DNA of 64,000 nt, taken from positions 4,714 through 68,713 of the forward strand of contig CAZUPI010000010.1 in the NCBI GenBank assembly GCA_964621755.1, in the 5' to 3' direction. Positions within the stretch are counted from its first letter, which is position 1; every line of letters starts with the position of its first letter. Below the pieces are notes generated by a model, which saw only the letters and a list, made by a program, of their open reading frames with translations, was not told the DNA's origin and ran no database searches. Shown here one piece after another: positions 27,951-37,481 of this stretch. The position numbers were made by a program, and so were the translations under genes. Source of the stretch: an uncultured Ruminococcus sp. (GTDB taxonomy: Bacteria > Bacillota > Clostridia > Oscillospirales > CAG-272).

Positions 27951-30900
27951 ATGAATAAGGTGAATTTTCCCTTTAGAAAATCCGTCGCTGCACTGGCGCT
28001 GTCGGTAGCGCTGATGTGCGGGTCCATCATGGGGTGCGAAAAAACGCAGCCGATTTCCCCCACTTCGAGCGATAGTGCGGTAACCGATTTATCTTCATCG
28101 GATACTGTCGTTGAAAACGAGCCTGCTGCAGTCGAAATAAAGCCGGATGGTTCGGTCGACAGCGATGCGGACAGTATTGATGGCATTACCATCCGTTCCG
28201 CTGCCGAACTTGTCAAAATCGGGCAGAGCGCAAAGTATCCGCTCGACGGCGACTATGTTCTCGTTGCGGATATCGATTTGACCGGCACCGCTTTTAGCCC
28301 AATCGGGGGTGCTGCGAGTGAAAGCGGCATCGTTGAGGGAAACAACGTTTTCACCGGAACCTTTGACGGCCGTGGACATACTATTATGGGGTTGAATATC
28401 AACGTAAGCGCTACGAACCGCGTTCATGTTGGTATGTTCGCCTCGGTTGGCTCGAAGAATAAAGATGACCCGGCAATCATCAAAAACCTCATTCTCAAAG
28501 ATGTTTCCATAAAAGGAGACGCAAAGGGAGTCGCTACCTATGCCGTACTTTGCGGACAGGTTTCCGGAAACGTAGTTATCGATAACATTTCCATTATCTC
28601 CGGAGAAGTAAACGTAGAAAACACCTCCGGTGATATTCTCGGTATCGCGTCGCTCATCGGTCAGTGCCGCACCGAGACCAGCACGGGCTGCTCCAACGAA
28701 ACCATTCATATATCGAATATTTTTACCAATGTTGAAATAAACGGCGACAATAACGGCAACGCAAATTATACCAGCGGCCTAATCGGGCGGATACGCGCCT
28801 CCAATCTCGGTACTTTGTCGAATGTTCTCCAGCTTGGCACAGTGACCCATGAGGGCGGCGCAGGCAACGCAATAACGTCAGGCGACTCTGGTGTGAACAA
28901 GCTTGAAAACGTGTACTACCTTGCCGGATGCGGAAGTGAATACCGCGGCATTGGTCAGGCGAAATCATACGAATCCCTGTGCGGCGGCAACCTCCGGCTT
29001 GATGAAGCCTACTGGCACATTGAGGAAGGCTTGTACCCCCTGCCGATTGATACATATGAAAGTCCCTTGTTCTCCGTTCTCGATTTTGTGACCGTGACCC
29101 TCGCCGATGGCGAAACAGCGGATAAGGTAGAATCCAACTTTACTTTAGTAGATGAAGTCATGGGTAAGACCATCACATGGAAGTCCAGTGACGAGAACAT
29201 TGTGAAAATCAGCGGCAAAAACGCGATTGTCACAAAGCCGGACTTCGGCTATGCAGATGTGAAAATCACCGCGCGTGCCGACGGCATTATGAAGTCTTAC
29301 GACCTCCGCGTATTTTCAGGCGTGGTGGGTTCGATTGAGCGGGACGGCGATACCTTGCGGGCAGTGAACTATCCCGACGGCGTGACGTTCAAATGGATTG
29401 TCAAGAATGCGGCAACCGGTGCAACTGTCGGAACAGCATCCGGCAAAGAGGGTACCTATGCGCTGACTTCGAAAGATGAGAACGGCATGGTTACGCTTCA
29501 TGTGGAAGGATATGACGATGCGGTATACTACAACAGCAACATTCCGACGATTTATGTGACCAGCAATACAGAATTTTACGAAGTATCAAAAGGCAGCTAT
29601 TCCAGCGCAAATATGCAGATTGTGACAACCTCGGATTATGCGGACACCTCGTATAATGGAGCAATTGAGATAAAACTCCGCGGTAATTCCACAGCTTATC
29701 AGGCAAAGCGTCCGTTCAAGATTAAGCTTGGCACAAAGACCGACCTGTTTGGCATGGGAGAAAACAAGCACTGGTGTCTCCTTGCCAATACCTTTGACCG
29801 TTCAAACCTCAGAAACAAGCTGTCCTACGATTTTAGCATGAACCTTGGACTGTCCGGCTGTGAGTCAATGTTTGTAAACCTCATTTTCAACGGCGAGTAT
29901 TACGGTTTATATGAATTCACAGAAGCGATCCGCATTTCGGATGGACGGGTCGGGATATTCAACTGGGAAGACGAAGCAGAGGATGTAGCGAAAGCAATAT
30001 ACAAGAAGGAAGGGCTCACCACAACGGAGCGTGACGAACTGGAAGAGCGTTTGACACGTGACCTGTCGTGGATCACGAGCGGCGAATTCGAGGGCTATGT
30101 CATTTCTGATTATGTAGACACTTCCGGATATGACATTACGGGCGGTTATCTCATTGAAGACGACTTCTACTACGATGAGGTGACAAAGTTTACCACAACG
30201 AACGATATGAAGCTGATGCTTAAGAATCCCGAATATTTGGTGACTAACACAGAGATGATGGCATACTTGAAGGATTACATTCAGGATATGGAGGATGCAA
30301 TCTACTCTCCGAACCGACTGAACGCGGATGGGAAGCACTATTCAGAATATATGGATGTTTCTTCGTTCATCGATTTCTGGATGGTCAACTCGGTCTTCAA
30401 GAATGTTGAGCTTTTGTATAAGAGCTGCTATATGTATAAGGATATTGGCGGCGGACTTATCACATGGGGACCGGTTTGGGATATGGACTGGGCTGCCGGA
30501 AACCATGTGAATCTCGACAGCACGAGCAGCAACTACAAGACATGGAAGCAGGGACAGAGCCAGGACCGCGAATATTGGTACAAGGCATTGTACAACGACC
30601 CATGGTTTGTTCTTCAGATCTATGAGCGTTGGGGCGAGATTCAGGATAAGCTCGACAACATCATCACAGAGCTGGATGTATGGAATGAGCAGATAAGCGC
30701 ATCCGCTGCGGTAGACAACAAACGCTGGGGATATGACTGGACATATGACAAAGAAGCAAGCACGCTTAGAGAATGGCTTGTCAACAGGATTGGTTGGATG
30801 GACGAGCAGATGGAATCGCCGACGACTCTTATCGAATCGCTGGAATACTACCAGAAGTCGAAGAACATCGGCATTACAGGCCTGTATGAGGGTACTGATT

Positions 30901-31166
30901 ATTACGATTTATACATCACCATCATCGGCGACAAAATCAAATCCGCAGATATTCTGATAAATGGTGAGGTAGTCCGTACCGAGGAACTCCAGAACGGCGA
31001 CAAAATCCGCATCACTGCATCAGAACTCCGCGGCGCCGGCCTTTACAATTCTATTGAGCTTCTCACAAAGGACGAAAACGGCAATTACATCACGGTCCGT
31101 AAGCGTTCGGGACAGAATGGCGCCTCCATCATGGAGTCTACGTATATCTATTTGATGGGAAAGTAA
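27951..31166 (+). CDS. large secreted lipoprotein with N-terminal GLUG/beta-helix-like repeats and a C-terminal CotH domain
   Basis: Lipobox LMCGSIMGC. FTGTFDGRGHTIMGLNI is GLUG-like. CotH blocks: LRGNSTAYQAKRPFKIKL, NKHWCLLANTFDRSNLRNKLSY, GPVWDMDWAAGN. The start is taken at ATG 27951, but 27909 is also possible. Confidence 0.8.
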   Translation: MNKVNFPFRKSVAALALSVALMCGSIMGCEKTQPISPTSSDSAVTDLSSSDTVVENEPAAVEIKPDGSVDSDADSIDGITIRSAAELVKIGQSAKYPLDGDYVLVADIDLTGTAFSPIGGAASESGIVEGNNVFTGTFDGRGHTIMGLNINVSATNRVHVGMFASVGSKNKDDPAIIKNLILKDVSIKGDAKGVATYAVLCGQVSGNVVIDNISIISGEVNVENTSGDILGIASLIGQCRTETSTGCSNETIHISNIFTNVEINGDNNGNANYTSGLIGRIRASNLGTLSNVLQLGTVTHEGGAGNAITSGDSGVNKLENVYYLAGCGSEYRGIGQAKSYESLCGGNLRLDEAYWHIEEGLYPLPIDTYESPLFSVLDFVTVTLADGETADKVESNFTLVDEVMGKTITWKSSDENIVKISGKNAIVTKPDFGYADVKITARADGIMKSYDLRVFSGVVGSIERDGDTLRAVNYPDGVTFKWIVKNAATGATVGTASGKEGTYALTSKDENGMVTLHVEGYDDAVYYNSNIPTIYVTSNTEFYEVSKGSYSSANMQIVTTSDYADTSYNGAIEIKLRGNSTAYQAKRPFKIKLGTKTDLFGMGENKHWCLLANTFDRSNLRNKLSYDFSMNLGLSGCESMFVNLIFNGEYYGLYEFTEAIRISDGRVGIFNWEDEAEDVAKAIYKKEGLTTTERDELEERLTRDLSWITSGEFEGYVISDYVDTSGYDITGGYLIEDDFYYDEVTKFTTTNDMKLMLKNPEYLVTNTEMMAYLKDYIQDMEDAIYSPNRLNADGKHYSEYMDVSSFIDFWMVNSVFKNVELLYKSCYMYKDIGGGLITWGPVWDMDWAAGNHVNLDSTSSNYKTWKQGQSQDREYWYKALYNDPWFVLQIYERWGEIQDKLDNIITELDVWNEQISASAAVDNKRWGYDWTYDKEASTLREWLVNRIGWMDEQMESPTTLIESLEYYQKSKNIGITGLYEGTDYYDLYITIIGDKIKSADILINGEVVRTEELQNGDKIRITASELRGAGLYNSIELLTKDENGNYITVRKRSGQNGASIMESTYIYLMGK

Positions 31167-31221
31167 TGGAAGACGCAAAGGGGCTGTCCCAAAACCTTGC
31201 CGGAGAACCTTTTTCAGAAAA

Positions 31222-31251
31222 TAGGGGGAATTTTCGAACAAATTCCCCCTA
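31222..31251. repeat. GGGGG-AATTT...AAATT-CCCCC palindromic element between convergent genes
   Basis: TAGGGGGAATTT-tcgaac-AAATTCCCCCTA. It lies 56 nt after the CotH stop and 12 nt before the mazF stop. Confidence 0.75.
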
Positions 31252-31262
31252 AAATATTTCCG

Positions 31263-31625
31263 TTATACTTCCACATTCTCTGTTCGCAGACCAAGGCTGA
31301 TGGTGATAGCATCATCTACAGCGGTCATGGTTTTGTGGTCGAGGTGACCCATTTTTTCCCCGAGCCGTTGTTTGTCTATAGTACGTACTTGTTCGAGCAG
31401 GATTACCGAATCTTTTTGCAGTCCGACCTGGTCTGCATATATGTCTATATGTGTCGGCAGCTTCGCTTTGCCCATCCTGCTGGTTATGGCTGCCGCTATG
31501 ACTGTCGGACTGTATTTGTTGCCAACGTCATTTTGTACGATTAGCACCGGTCTGACTCCGCCCTGTTCACTTCCGACTACCGGACTGAGGTCAGCATAGT
31601 AAATATCGCCCCGCCTGATTGTCAA
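31263..31625 (-). CDS. mazF: MazF/PemK (EndoA-type) toxin endoribonuclease
   Basis: 120 aa. [55 protein letters not shown] is nearly the B. subtilis NdoA consensus. The start is TTG at 31625. Confidence 0.9.
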   Translation of the reverse strand: MTIRRGDIYYADLSPVVGSEQGGVRPVLIVQNDVGNKYSPTVIAAAITSRMGKAKLPTHIDIYADQVGLQKDSVILLEQVRTIDKQRLGEKMGHLDHKTMTAVDDAITISLGLRTENVEV

Positions 31626-31920
31626 TTTGATTCATTCCTTTCAATATACGAGAGGTTTCTCTCTCACTTCCGGTTATAGTATTGGCTGCGGCCGCTCACT
31701 TTAAACACACCCTCCGCGAAAATTTTACCGCATGCCCTTCTGGTTTCAGTATATTCCGCATCCGCGCGACTTGTGAACTCAGCAGAAGAGAGGACAGCGG
31801 CTCCGCAAAATTCCAGGCTTACATATAAAACAAATCTCATAGCTCAAAAGGGCTTTGAAACTTACGTAGTAACTCTCGAAAAAGTGAACCTTGCTGCCGT
31901 GTGAATCCCCGGAAAATGTA

Positions 31921-31949
31921 TTGCCAAACGGAATAAGTTAGTATATAAT
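31921..31949 (+). promoter_or_regulatory. murD promoter (TTGCCA-N17-TATAAT)
   Basis: TTGCCAaacggaataagttagtaTATAAT, 40 nt upstream of ATG 31990. Confidence 0.55.
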
Positions 31950-31989
31950 ATGTATAAGATAACCATATCACCATTATACGGAGATTTCA

Positions 31990-33414
31990 ATGAAAATATC
32001 GCTTCATGAACTTTTCCGCGGCAAATCCGTTTCGCTCCTTGGTGCGGGCGTTTCGAATATGCCGCTCGCCGGTCTCGTCGCCTCCTCCGCAGCGCGCCTG
32101 ACCGTGCGCGATAAAAAATCCCCCGCCGAATTAGGCGAAAACGCCGTGCAGATTGAAAAACTCGGCGCGTCACTTATCACCGGTGAAAACTACCTCAAAA
32201 ATATCGATGAGGATATCGTCTTCCGCTCTCCCGGCATCCGCCCTGACCTGCCTGAGCTTGCCGCAGCGACCGCGCGTGGGACAAATCTTACTTCGGAAAT
32301 GGAGCTTTTCCTTTCGCTGCACCCCTGCTCGGTTTACGCAATAACCGGAAGCGACGGAAAAACCACTACCACTACACTGACCTCCCTTATGCTGGAAGCT
32401 GGAATCGGTGACGGACATGTGTTTCTCGGCGGTAATATCGGAGAACCGCTCCTGTATCGCTATCCGCTTATGAATGAAGCCGATGCGGTTGCAGTCGAGC
32501 TGTCGAGCTTCCAGCTTATGACTGTGGACGCGCCGATTGACGTCGCCGCAATCACGAATATTTCTCCGAACCATCTCAATTGGCACACATCCATGGACGA
32601 GTATATCATGGCGAAAAAACGGATTCTGAAGCATTGCGGGCGTGCGGTGCTGAATTATGATAACCAACTGACTCGTCAGGCGGCGCTCGAGATGCAAAAA
32701 AACGATACACCGGTGACGTATTTCTCTCTTTCTCCTATACCGGATGGCGCCCTCCGCGCCATCGACAGCGCAGTATGGCTCGATACGGATGATGTGATTT
32801 ACTCCTATTTTCCCAATGAGGGCAAGCGCACGGTGATGCCGCGGCGCGATATCAGACTGCCAGGAATGCACAATACCGCAAACTATATGACCGCGATTGC
32901 AGTGACACACGGAAGAGTCTCATATGACGCGGTACGGAAAATTGCGCAAACGTTCGGCGGCGTTGAGCACCGTTTGGAATTTGTTCGCGAGGTCGGCGGG
33001 GTCACATACATCAACGGTTCGATTGACTCTTCTCCTACCCGTACCGCGGCGGCTCTGTCCGCTATAAACGACCGTCCCGTGGTGCTGATTGCAGGCGGGT
33101 ACGACAAGCACATCCCATATGAACCCCTTGCGGACGCGATATTCCACTCCTCTGTACACACACTTGTCCTGACCGGCGCAACCGCTGGAACGATTGAAAA
33201 AGCGGTCACAGAATCTCCGCTGTACGAGGAAGCGGTATCACGCGGGTTCCGGATAATAAAAAATCCGTCCTTTGACGGAGCGGCAGAGGATGCCAAAAAC
33301 GCCGCAAGACCGGGCGATACGGTGATTTTGTCCCCCGCATCCGCATCCTTTGACGCCTTCCCAGACTTTATGGCGCGCGGACGGCATTTCAAGGAACTCG
33401 TAAACCGCTTCTGA
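31990..33414 (+). CDS. murD: UDP-N-acetylmuramoyl-L-alanine--D-glutamate ligase
   Basis: 474-aa Mur ligase. It has an N-terminal Rossmann fold (GAGVSN), the ATP-binding loop ITGSDGKTTTTT and a C-terminal Mur-ligase domain. Its size and motifs fit MurD best. Confidence 0.8.
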   Translation: MKISLHELFRGKSVSLLGAGVSNMPLAGLVASSAARLTVRDKKSPAELGENAVQIEKLGASLITGENYLKNIDEDIVFRSPGIRPDLPELAAATARGTNLTSEMELFLSLHPCSVYAITGSDGKTTTTTLTSLMLEAGIGDGHVFLGGNIGEPLLYRYPLMNEADAVAVELSSFQLMTVDAPIDVAAITNISPNHLNWHTSMDEYIMAKKRILKHCGRAVLNYDNQLTRQAALEMQKNDTPVTYFSLSPIPDGALRAIDSAVWLDTDDVIYSYFPNEGKRTVMPRRDIRLPGMHNTANYMTAIAVTHGRVSYDAVRKIAQTFGGVEHRLEFVREVGGVTYINGSIDSSPTRTAAALSAINDRPVVLIAGGYDKHIPYEPLADAIFHSSVHTLVLTGATAGTIEKAVTESPLYEEAVSRGFRIIKNPSFDGAAEDAKNAARPGDTVILSPASASFDAFPDFMARGRHFKELVNRF

Positions 33415-33468
33415 GCACTGTAAGATAATAGATTCCCCGCAAATCCCATTCACATCAGGAGGAAAATC

Positions 33469-34512
33469 ATGCTTGAATACAAAACCTTGCTCCGGCAGCT
33501 GTGCGGGATTATGTCCATCTCCGGCTGCGAGCGCAGCGCCTTCGGTGAGGTAAAATCCCTCATCGGGGAGCACTTTGACGATATATACTGCGACGCTGCA
33601 CGGAATATCGTTCTTGTGAAAAAATCCACCAATCCGGGGGCCCCGCGTATCATGCTCGACGCGCATTTTGATGAGGTAGGCATGATAGTAAACGGCATCA
33701 CAGACGAAGGCTTTCTCCGTGTTGCACCGGTCGGCGGCATCGACAGACAGCTTCTTCCCGCGTCAGACGTCTGGGTCTACGCGGATACCAAGCTTTATGG
33801 CGTATTTGCCGCAATCCCGCCGCACCTTGTGAAGCCCGAGGAGAAAAACAAAACCCCCTCATGGGATGACCTTCTCATCGATATCGGATGCCGCACAAAA
33901 TCCGAAGCCGAAGAGCTTGTCAGAATCGGCACCCCTGTCGGCTACTATTATTCCGGTGATGACCTCCTCAACAACCGCATCACTGGCCGCGGCTTCGACG
34001 ACAAGGCTTGCGCTGCAGGACTCATTTGTGCTGTTGACCGCATTCCCACAAACGAGTTGGCTTTCGATGTGTACATCACACTCTCCTCTGGGGAAGAAGT
34101 CGGAGGAGAAGGGGCAAAATGCGCGGCTTATACGATTCAGCCGGAGCTTGCGGTCATCACCGACGTGAATTTCGCCCTCACTCCCGGCGTGTCCGCTGAG
34201 GAAGGCGGCAAGTTGGGCGGCGGACCAATGATTTCTCTCTCTGCCGTGACCGACCGCACACTTACCAAAGCGATTCTCTCCCTTGCGGACAAGGCTGAAA
34301 TCAAGACCACAAAAGTGGTGGAGTCCACTTCCACAGGAACGAATGCATCGTGCGTGTACTGTGTAAACGAGGGAATTCCGGTTGCCGTTGTGAGCCTTCC
34401 CTTGGCGGGCATGCACTCCTATAACGAATCACTCTCCCTCGACGACGCCGAAGCATTTCTTAAGCTCATCGGCGAAATTGTGAAGAATAAGGAAATTGGG
34501 GGAATAAAATAA
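33469..34512 (+). CDS. M42-family aminopeptidase (FrvX/TET-like), paralogue 1
   Basis: 347 aa with DAHFDEVGMIV and GRGFDDKA metal-ligand blocks. Confidence 0.85.
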   Translation: MLEYKTLLRQLCGIMSISGCERSAFGEVKSLIGEHFDDIYCDAARNIVLVKKSTNPGAPRIMLDAHFDEVGMIVNGITDEGFLRVAPVGGIDRQLLPASDVWVYADTKLYGVFAAIPPHLVKPEEKNKTPSWDDLLIDIGCRTKSEAEELVRIGTPVGYYYSGDDLLNNRITGRGFDDKACAAGLICAVDRIPTNELAFDVYITLSSGEEVGGEGAKCAAYTIQPELAVITDVNFALTPGVSAEEGGKLGGGPMISLSAVTDRTLTKAILSLADKAEIKTTKVVESTSTGTNASCVYCVNEGIPVAVVSLPLAGMHSYNESLSLDDAEAFLKLIGEIVKNKEIGGIK

Positions 34513-35612
34513 TGTCAAAATACGATAACTACACGCCTATAGACTTGCTTCACGAGCTTTCTCTTGCGTTTGGTCCGTCCGGATATGAGGGGGAAGTCGC
34601 AGGAATCATCAAAGAATTTGTGGCACCATACGCGGATGAAGTAACCTGTGACCGTCTCGGTTCCGTCATCGCGGTATACCGCCACGCCCACGAGTGCGCG
34701 CGGAATACCAACCTCGACGAAGAACCCATGACCGCAGAAGGAAAGCCGGAAATCGACCGCTTGCTGTTTGCCGCACATATGGACGAAGTGGGATTTATGA
34801 TAAAGTCAATTGACGGAGACGGATATCTCAAAATTGCGCCGCTTTCCGGAAAGGACCCGAAAACCCTCGCTGGACGAAACGTCTCCATAGGGGATGAAAC
34901 GAAGCGCGTGAATGGCTATTTTGGCGTAAAACCGGCGCACCTTGGCGGCTCCGGCAGCTTCGATTCGCTCTATATCGACATCGGCGCGGCAAATAAGGAA
35001 GAGGCGGAAAAGTACGTATCCCCAGGAGACTTTGGCACCTATCGCTCCGATTTTGTCCAGTTCGGAAAGGGCATGATAAAGGGCAAAGCGCTCGACGACC
35101 GTCTTGGATGCACCGTACTGTGTATGCTGCTCAAGCGCCTGCGTGAGAATCAGGTGAAGCTGCCATATGACGTATATTTTGCGTTCACCGTCCGGGAGGA
35201 AATCGGCGCGTCCGGCGCGATGACCGCGGCGAACAAGATTGCCCCCGACATGGCGATTGTAATAGAAGCAACCGCAGTCGACGGAACAAAAGGAGAGGAC
35301 AAATACGGAAGCGTGGCCAAGCAGGGCTGCGGCGGATGTGTATCGTTTATGGACCGGAAAACGATTTACGACCGTGAGGTGTACGACTTTATTTTAGCGA
35401 CTGCGGAGAAGACCGGCATTCCCGTACAGCCAAAATGCTATGTGTCCGGCGGTAACGACGCGGGATACATCCATCATTCCGGCGTCGGCGTAAAGTGCGC
35501 GGCTATATCGGCTCCCGCGCGCTATATTCACACCGCGTCAAACGTAATCGCAGAAGCGGACATGCTGTCGGTCATCGACTTGGCATATGCGGTCATGATG
35601 GAAATGAAATAA
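34512..35612 (+). CDS. M42-family aminopeptidase, paralogue 2
   Basis: 366 aa with AAHMDEVGFMIK and GKALDDRLG blocks. The start overlaps the upstream stop. Confidence 0.85.
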   Translation: MSKYDNYTPIDLLHELSLAFGPSGYEGEVAGIIKEFVAPYADEVTCDRLGSVIAVYRHAHECARNTNLDEEPMTAEGKPEIDRLLFAAHMDEVGFMIKSIDGDGYLKIAPLSGKDPKTLAGRNVSIGDETKRVNGYFGVKPAHLGGSGSFDSLYIDIGAANKEEAEKYVSPGDFGTYRSDFVQFGKGMIKGKALDDRLGCTVLCMLLKRLRENQVKLPYDVYFAFTVREEIGASGAMTAANKIAPDMAIVIEATAVDGTKGEDKYGSVAKQGCGGCVSFMDRKTIYDREVYDFILATAEKTGIPVQPKCYVSGGNDAGYIHHSGVGVKCAAISAPARYIHTASNVIAEADMLSVIDLAYAVMMEMK

Positions 35613-35665
35613 GCAACCGGCGGGCCAATTTACAGGGCTGAATTCACAAAGAATGGGAGATAATT

Positions 35666-36661
35666 ATGTTTAATTTAACCAAAAAAATGATGAAACCCGT
35701 ATCGGTATCGGGACGTGAGAATGCCGTAGTCGGGGTGATAGCGGAAGAAATCGCACCGTTTGTCGATTCGCTGCGCACGGACGCGCTCGGGAATCTCATC
35801 GCATATAAAGCAGGGCACGGAGAAAATAAGAAGAAGGTCATGTTCGCTGCGCACATCGACGAAATTGGCTTTATCGTTACTTATATTGAGGAAAACGGTT
35901 TTCTACGGTTCAACACAATCGGGGGCATCAACTTCATGTCGGCGGCATTCACGCATGTGGTATTTGAGAACGGGATGCGGGGCGTCCTCGTTCCCGAAAG
36001 CGGCTCGAATGAAATGCGTCAGGATAAATTTGTCGTCGATATTGGCGCAAAAAATAAAAAGGACGCGGAACGCCGCGTAAAAATCGGTGATACCTTTGCG
36101 GTGGTATCGGACTTTGTAAAGCTGGCCGGAACGAGAGCAGCAGGACGCCCGCTTGACGACAGAATTGGGGCGGTGATTCTCATCGAAGCGGCAAAGTCGC
36201 TGAAAAATATCGAAATTGAGAATGATGTATATTTCTGTTTCACGGTCCAAGAGGAAGTCGGCTGCCGCGGCTCAAAGACAGCGGCATACGGCATCATGCC
36301 TGACATTGGCATTGCGCTTGACGTTACAGGAACGGGAGATACACAAGGCGCGTCCCCCATGGAAGTCAAACTCGGCGGCGGCGCCGCAATAAAAATCAAG
36401 GACTCAAGCGTCATCTGCGACCGTACATTAGTCGAAAAAATGGTCAGCGTAGCCAAGACGGAACGCATCAGATACCAGCTTGAAATTCTCGCTGCAGGCG
36501 GTACCGATACCTCTTCTATGCAGCAAACAGGCGCAGGCTGCCTAGCAGGCTGCATCTCCATTCCCACACGTTATATCCATTCCACAGTTGAAACCGTCGA
36601 TATGTCCGATGTTGCAGAATGCGTTAAGCTGACAGCAGCGCTGGCCAATACACAGTTCTAA
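35666..36661 (+). CDS. M42-family aminopeptidase, paralogue 3
   Basis: 331 aa with AAHIDEIGFIV and GRPLDDRIG blocks. Confidence 0.85.
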   Translation: MFNLTKKMMKPVSVSGRENAVVGVIAEEIAPFVDSLRTDALGNLIAYKAGHGENKKKVMFAAHIDEIGFIVTYIEENGFLRFNTIGGINFMSAAFTHVVFENGMRGVLVPESGSNEMRQDKFVVDIGAKNKKDAERRVKIGDTFAVVSDFVKLAGTRAAGRPLDDRIGAVILIEAAKSLKNIEIENDVYFCFTVQEEVGCRGSKTAAYGIMPDIGIALDVTGTGDTQGASPMEVKLGGGAAIKIKDSSVICDRTLVEKMVSVAKTERIRYQLEILAAGGTDTSSMQQTGAGCLAGCISIPTRYIHSTVETVDMSDVAECVKLTAALANTQF

Positions 36662-36683
36662 GTTTTTGAGGGAATACGATACT

Positions 36684-36715
36684 TTAGGGGGTACTTTTGA
36701 AAAAGTACCCCCTAA
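36684..36715. repeat. GGGGG-TACTTTT-GA-AAAAGTA-CCCCC palindromic element between convergent genes
   Basis: TTAGGGGGTACTTTT-ga-AAAAGTACCCCCTAA: perfect 15-bp arms. Confidence 0.85.
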
Positions 36716-36749
36716 GAACCTTGTAAAACTTTTTAGGGTCGCATGCCGA

Positions 36750-37358
36750 TTATTTCTTTTGTACCCAGCCAATAATCTGACCGGATAGAATTACAGTCGG
36801 CAGGGAGTATATGATGCGTTTGAAGGGAATGTAGAGGAGGGATAGACTGAGTACGATGAGGTCGCTTGCAAGGTAAATCCATTGGATGCGCAGACCTGTC
36901 AGTTTGGATAGGCTCATCGCGAGAGCGTCGTCGCCTCCCGGAGCGCCGCCTTCTCTGACGCACAACCCGACGCCTACTCCTACGAATACTGCGCCGATGA
37001 GCGCGGCAGCAAGCGGCATTTCGGCAATCTGCGGATATATCGGCTCAAACTGTTCGAACACAGCGTAAAAGGAGGAAAAACCGACACACGCGACCGCAGA
37101 GTACAGCACAAATTCACGCCCGAGCGTGCGCCATCCGAGCGCGTAACATGCGACGTTCATGATAAATCCCGATATCGACGGAGAAATTCCGAATAGCTTG
37201 TCAAGCAGCAGCGTCAGCCCGAGGACTCCGCCTTCCGTCACGCCGGACAGCGAATGAATGTTGTATAACCCAAATGTCAATATCGCGCATCCGACCAATA
37301 TCACGATGCATGACTTAAGCTTCAAAATCGATATCGTTTTCCAAAATTTCTTTAGCAT
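36750..37358 (-). CDS. YitT-family membrane protein
   Basis: 202-aa polytopic ORF. The N-terminal block ILVGCAILTFGLYNIHSLSGVTEGGVLGLTLLL resembles the YitT/YczE family. Confidence 0.7.
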   Translation of the reverse strand: MLKKFWKTISILKLKSCIVILVGCAILTFGLYNIHSLSGVTEGGVLGLTLLLDKLFGISPSISGFIMNVACYALGWRTLGREFVLYSAVACVGFSSFYAVFEQFEPIYPQIAEMPLAAALIGAVFVGVGVGLCVREGGAPGGDDALAMSLSKLTGLRIQWIYLASDLIVLSLSLLYIPFKRIIYSLPTVILSGQIIGWVQKK

Positions 37359-37434
37359 AACAAAAATAAGGATATCATAAGCTTAGACAGCCTACCATAT
37401 CCATTCGCCCAACATAAAGTTTTTGAAAGGAGCG

Positions 37435-37466
37435 CGGGGAAAACTTTTTTCAAAAAGTTTTCCCCG
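37435..37466. repeat. GGGG-AAAACTTTTT-TC-AAAAAGTTTT-CCCC palindromic element 16 nt after the aminotransferase stop
   Basis: CGGGGAAAACTTTTT-tc-AAAAAGTTTTCCCCG: perfect 15-bp arms. Confidence 0.85.
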
Positions 37467-37481
37467 TGAAACTTTACTCTA

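Noticed and set aside
31626-31861. 58-codon minus-strand ORF (MRFVLYVSLEFCGAAVLSS...) as the missing MazE antitoxin
   Set aside because: It has no RBS, no resemblance to AbrB/SpoVT or RHH antitoxins, and ends 40 nt before mazF rather than being coupled to it. It is kept only as a candidate to test in the orphan-MazF finding.
31862-32173. 103-aa minus-strand ORF overlapping the murD start
   Set aside because: It is Arg-rich and low in complexity, antisense to the conserved MurD N-terminus, and has no RBS. It is a shadow ORF.
33469-36661. Three tandem M42 aminopeptidase paralogues, considered as an unusual amplification
   Set aside because: Tandem or triple M42 (TET/FrvX-like) genes that may form hetero-oligomers are a common arrangement in Firmicutes and archaea. 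Nothing about the sequence is atypical.
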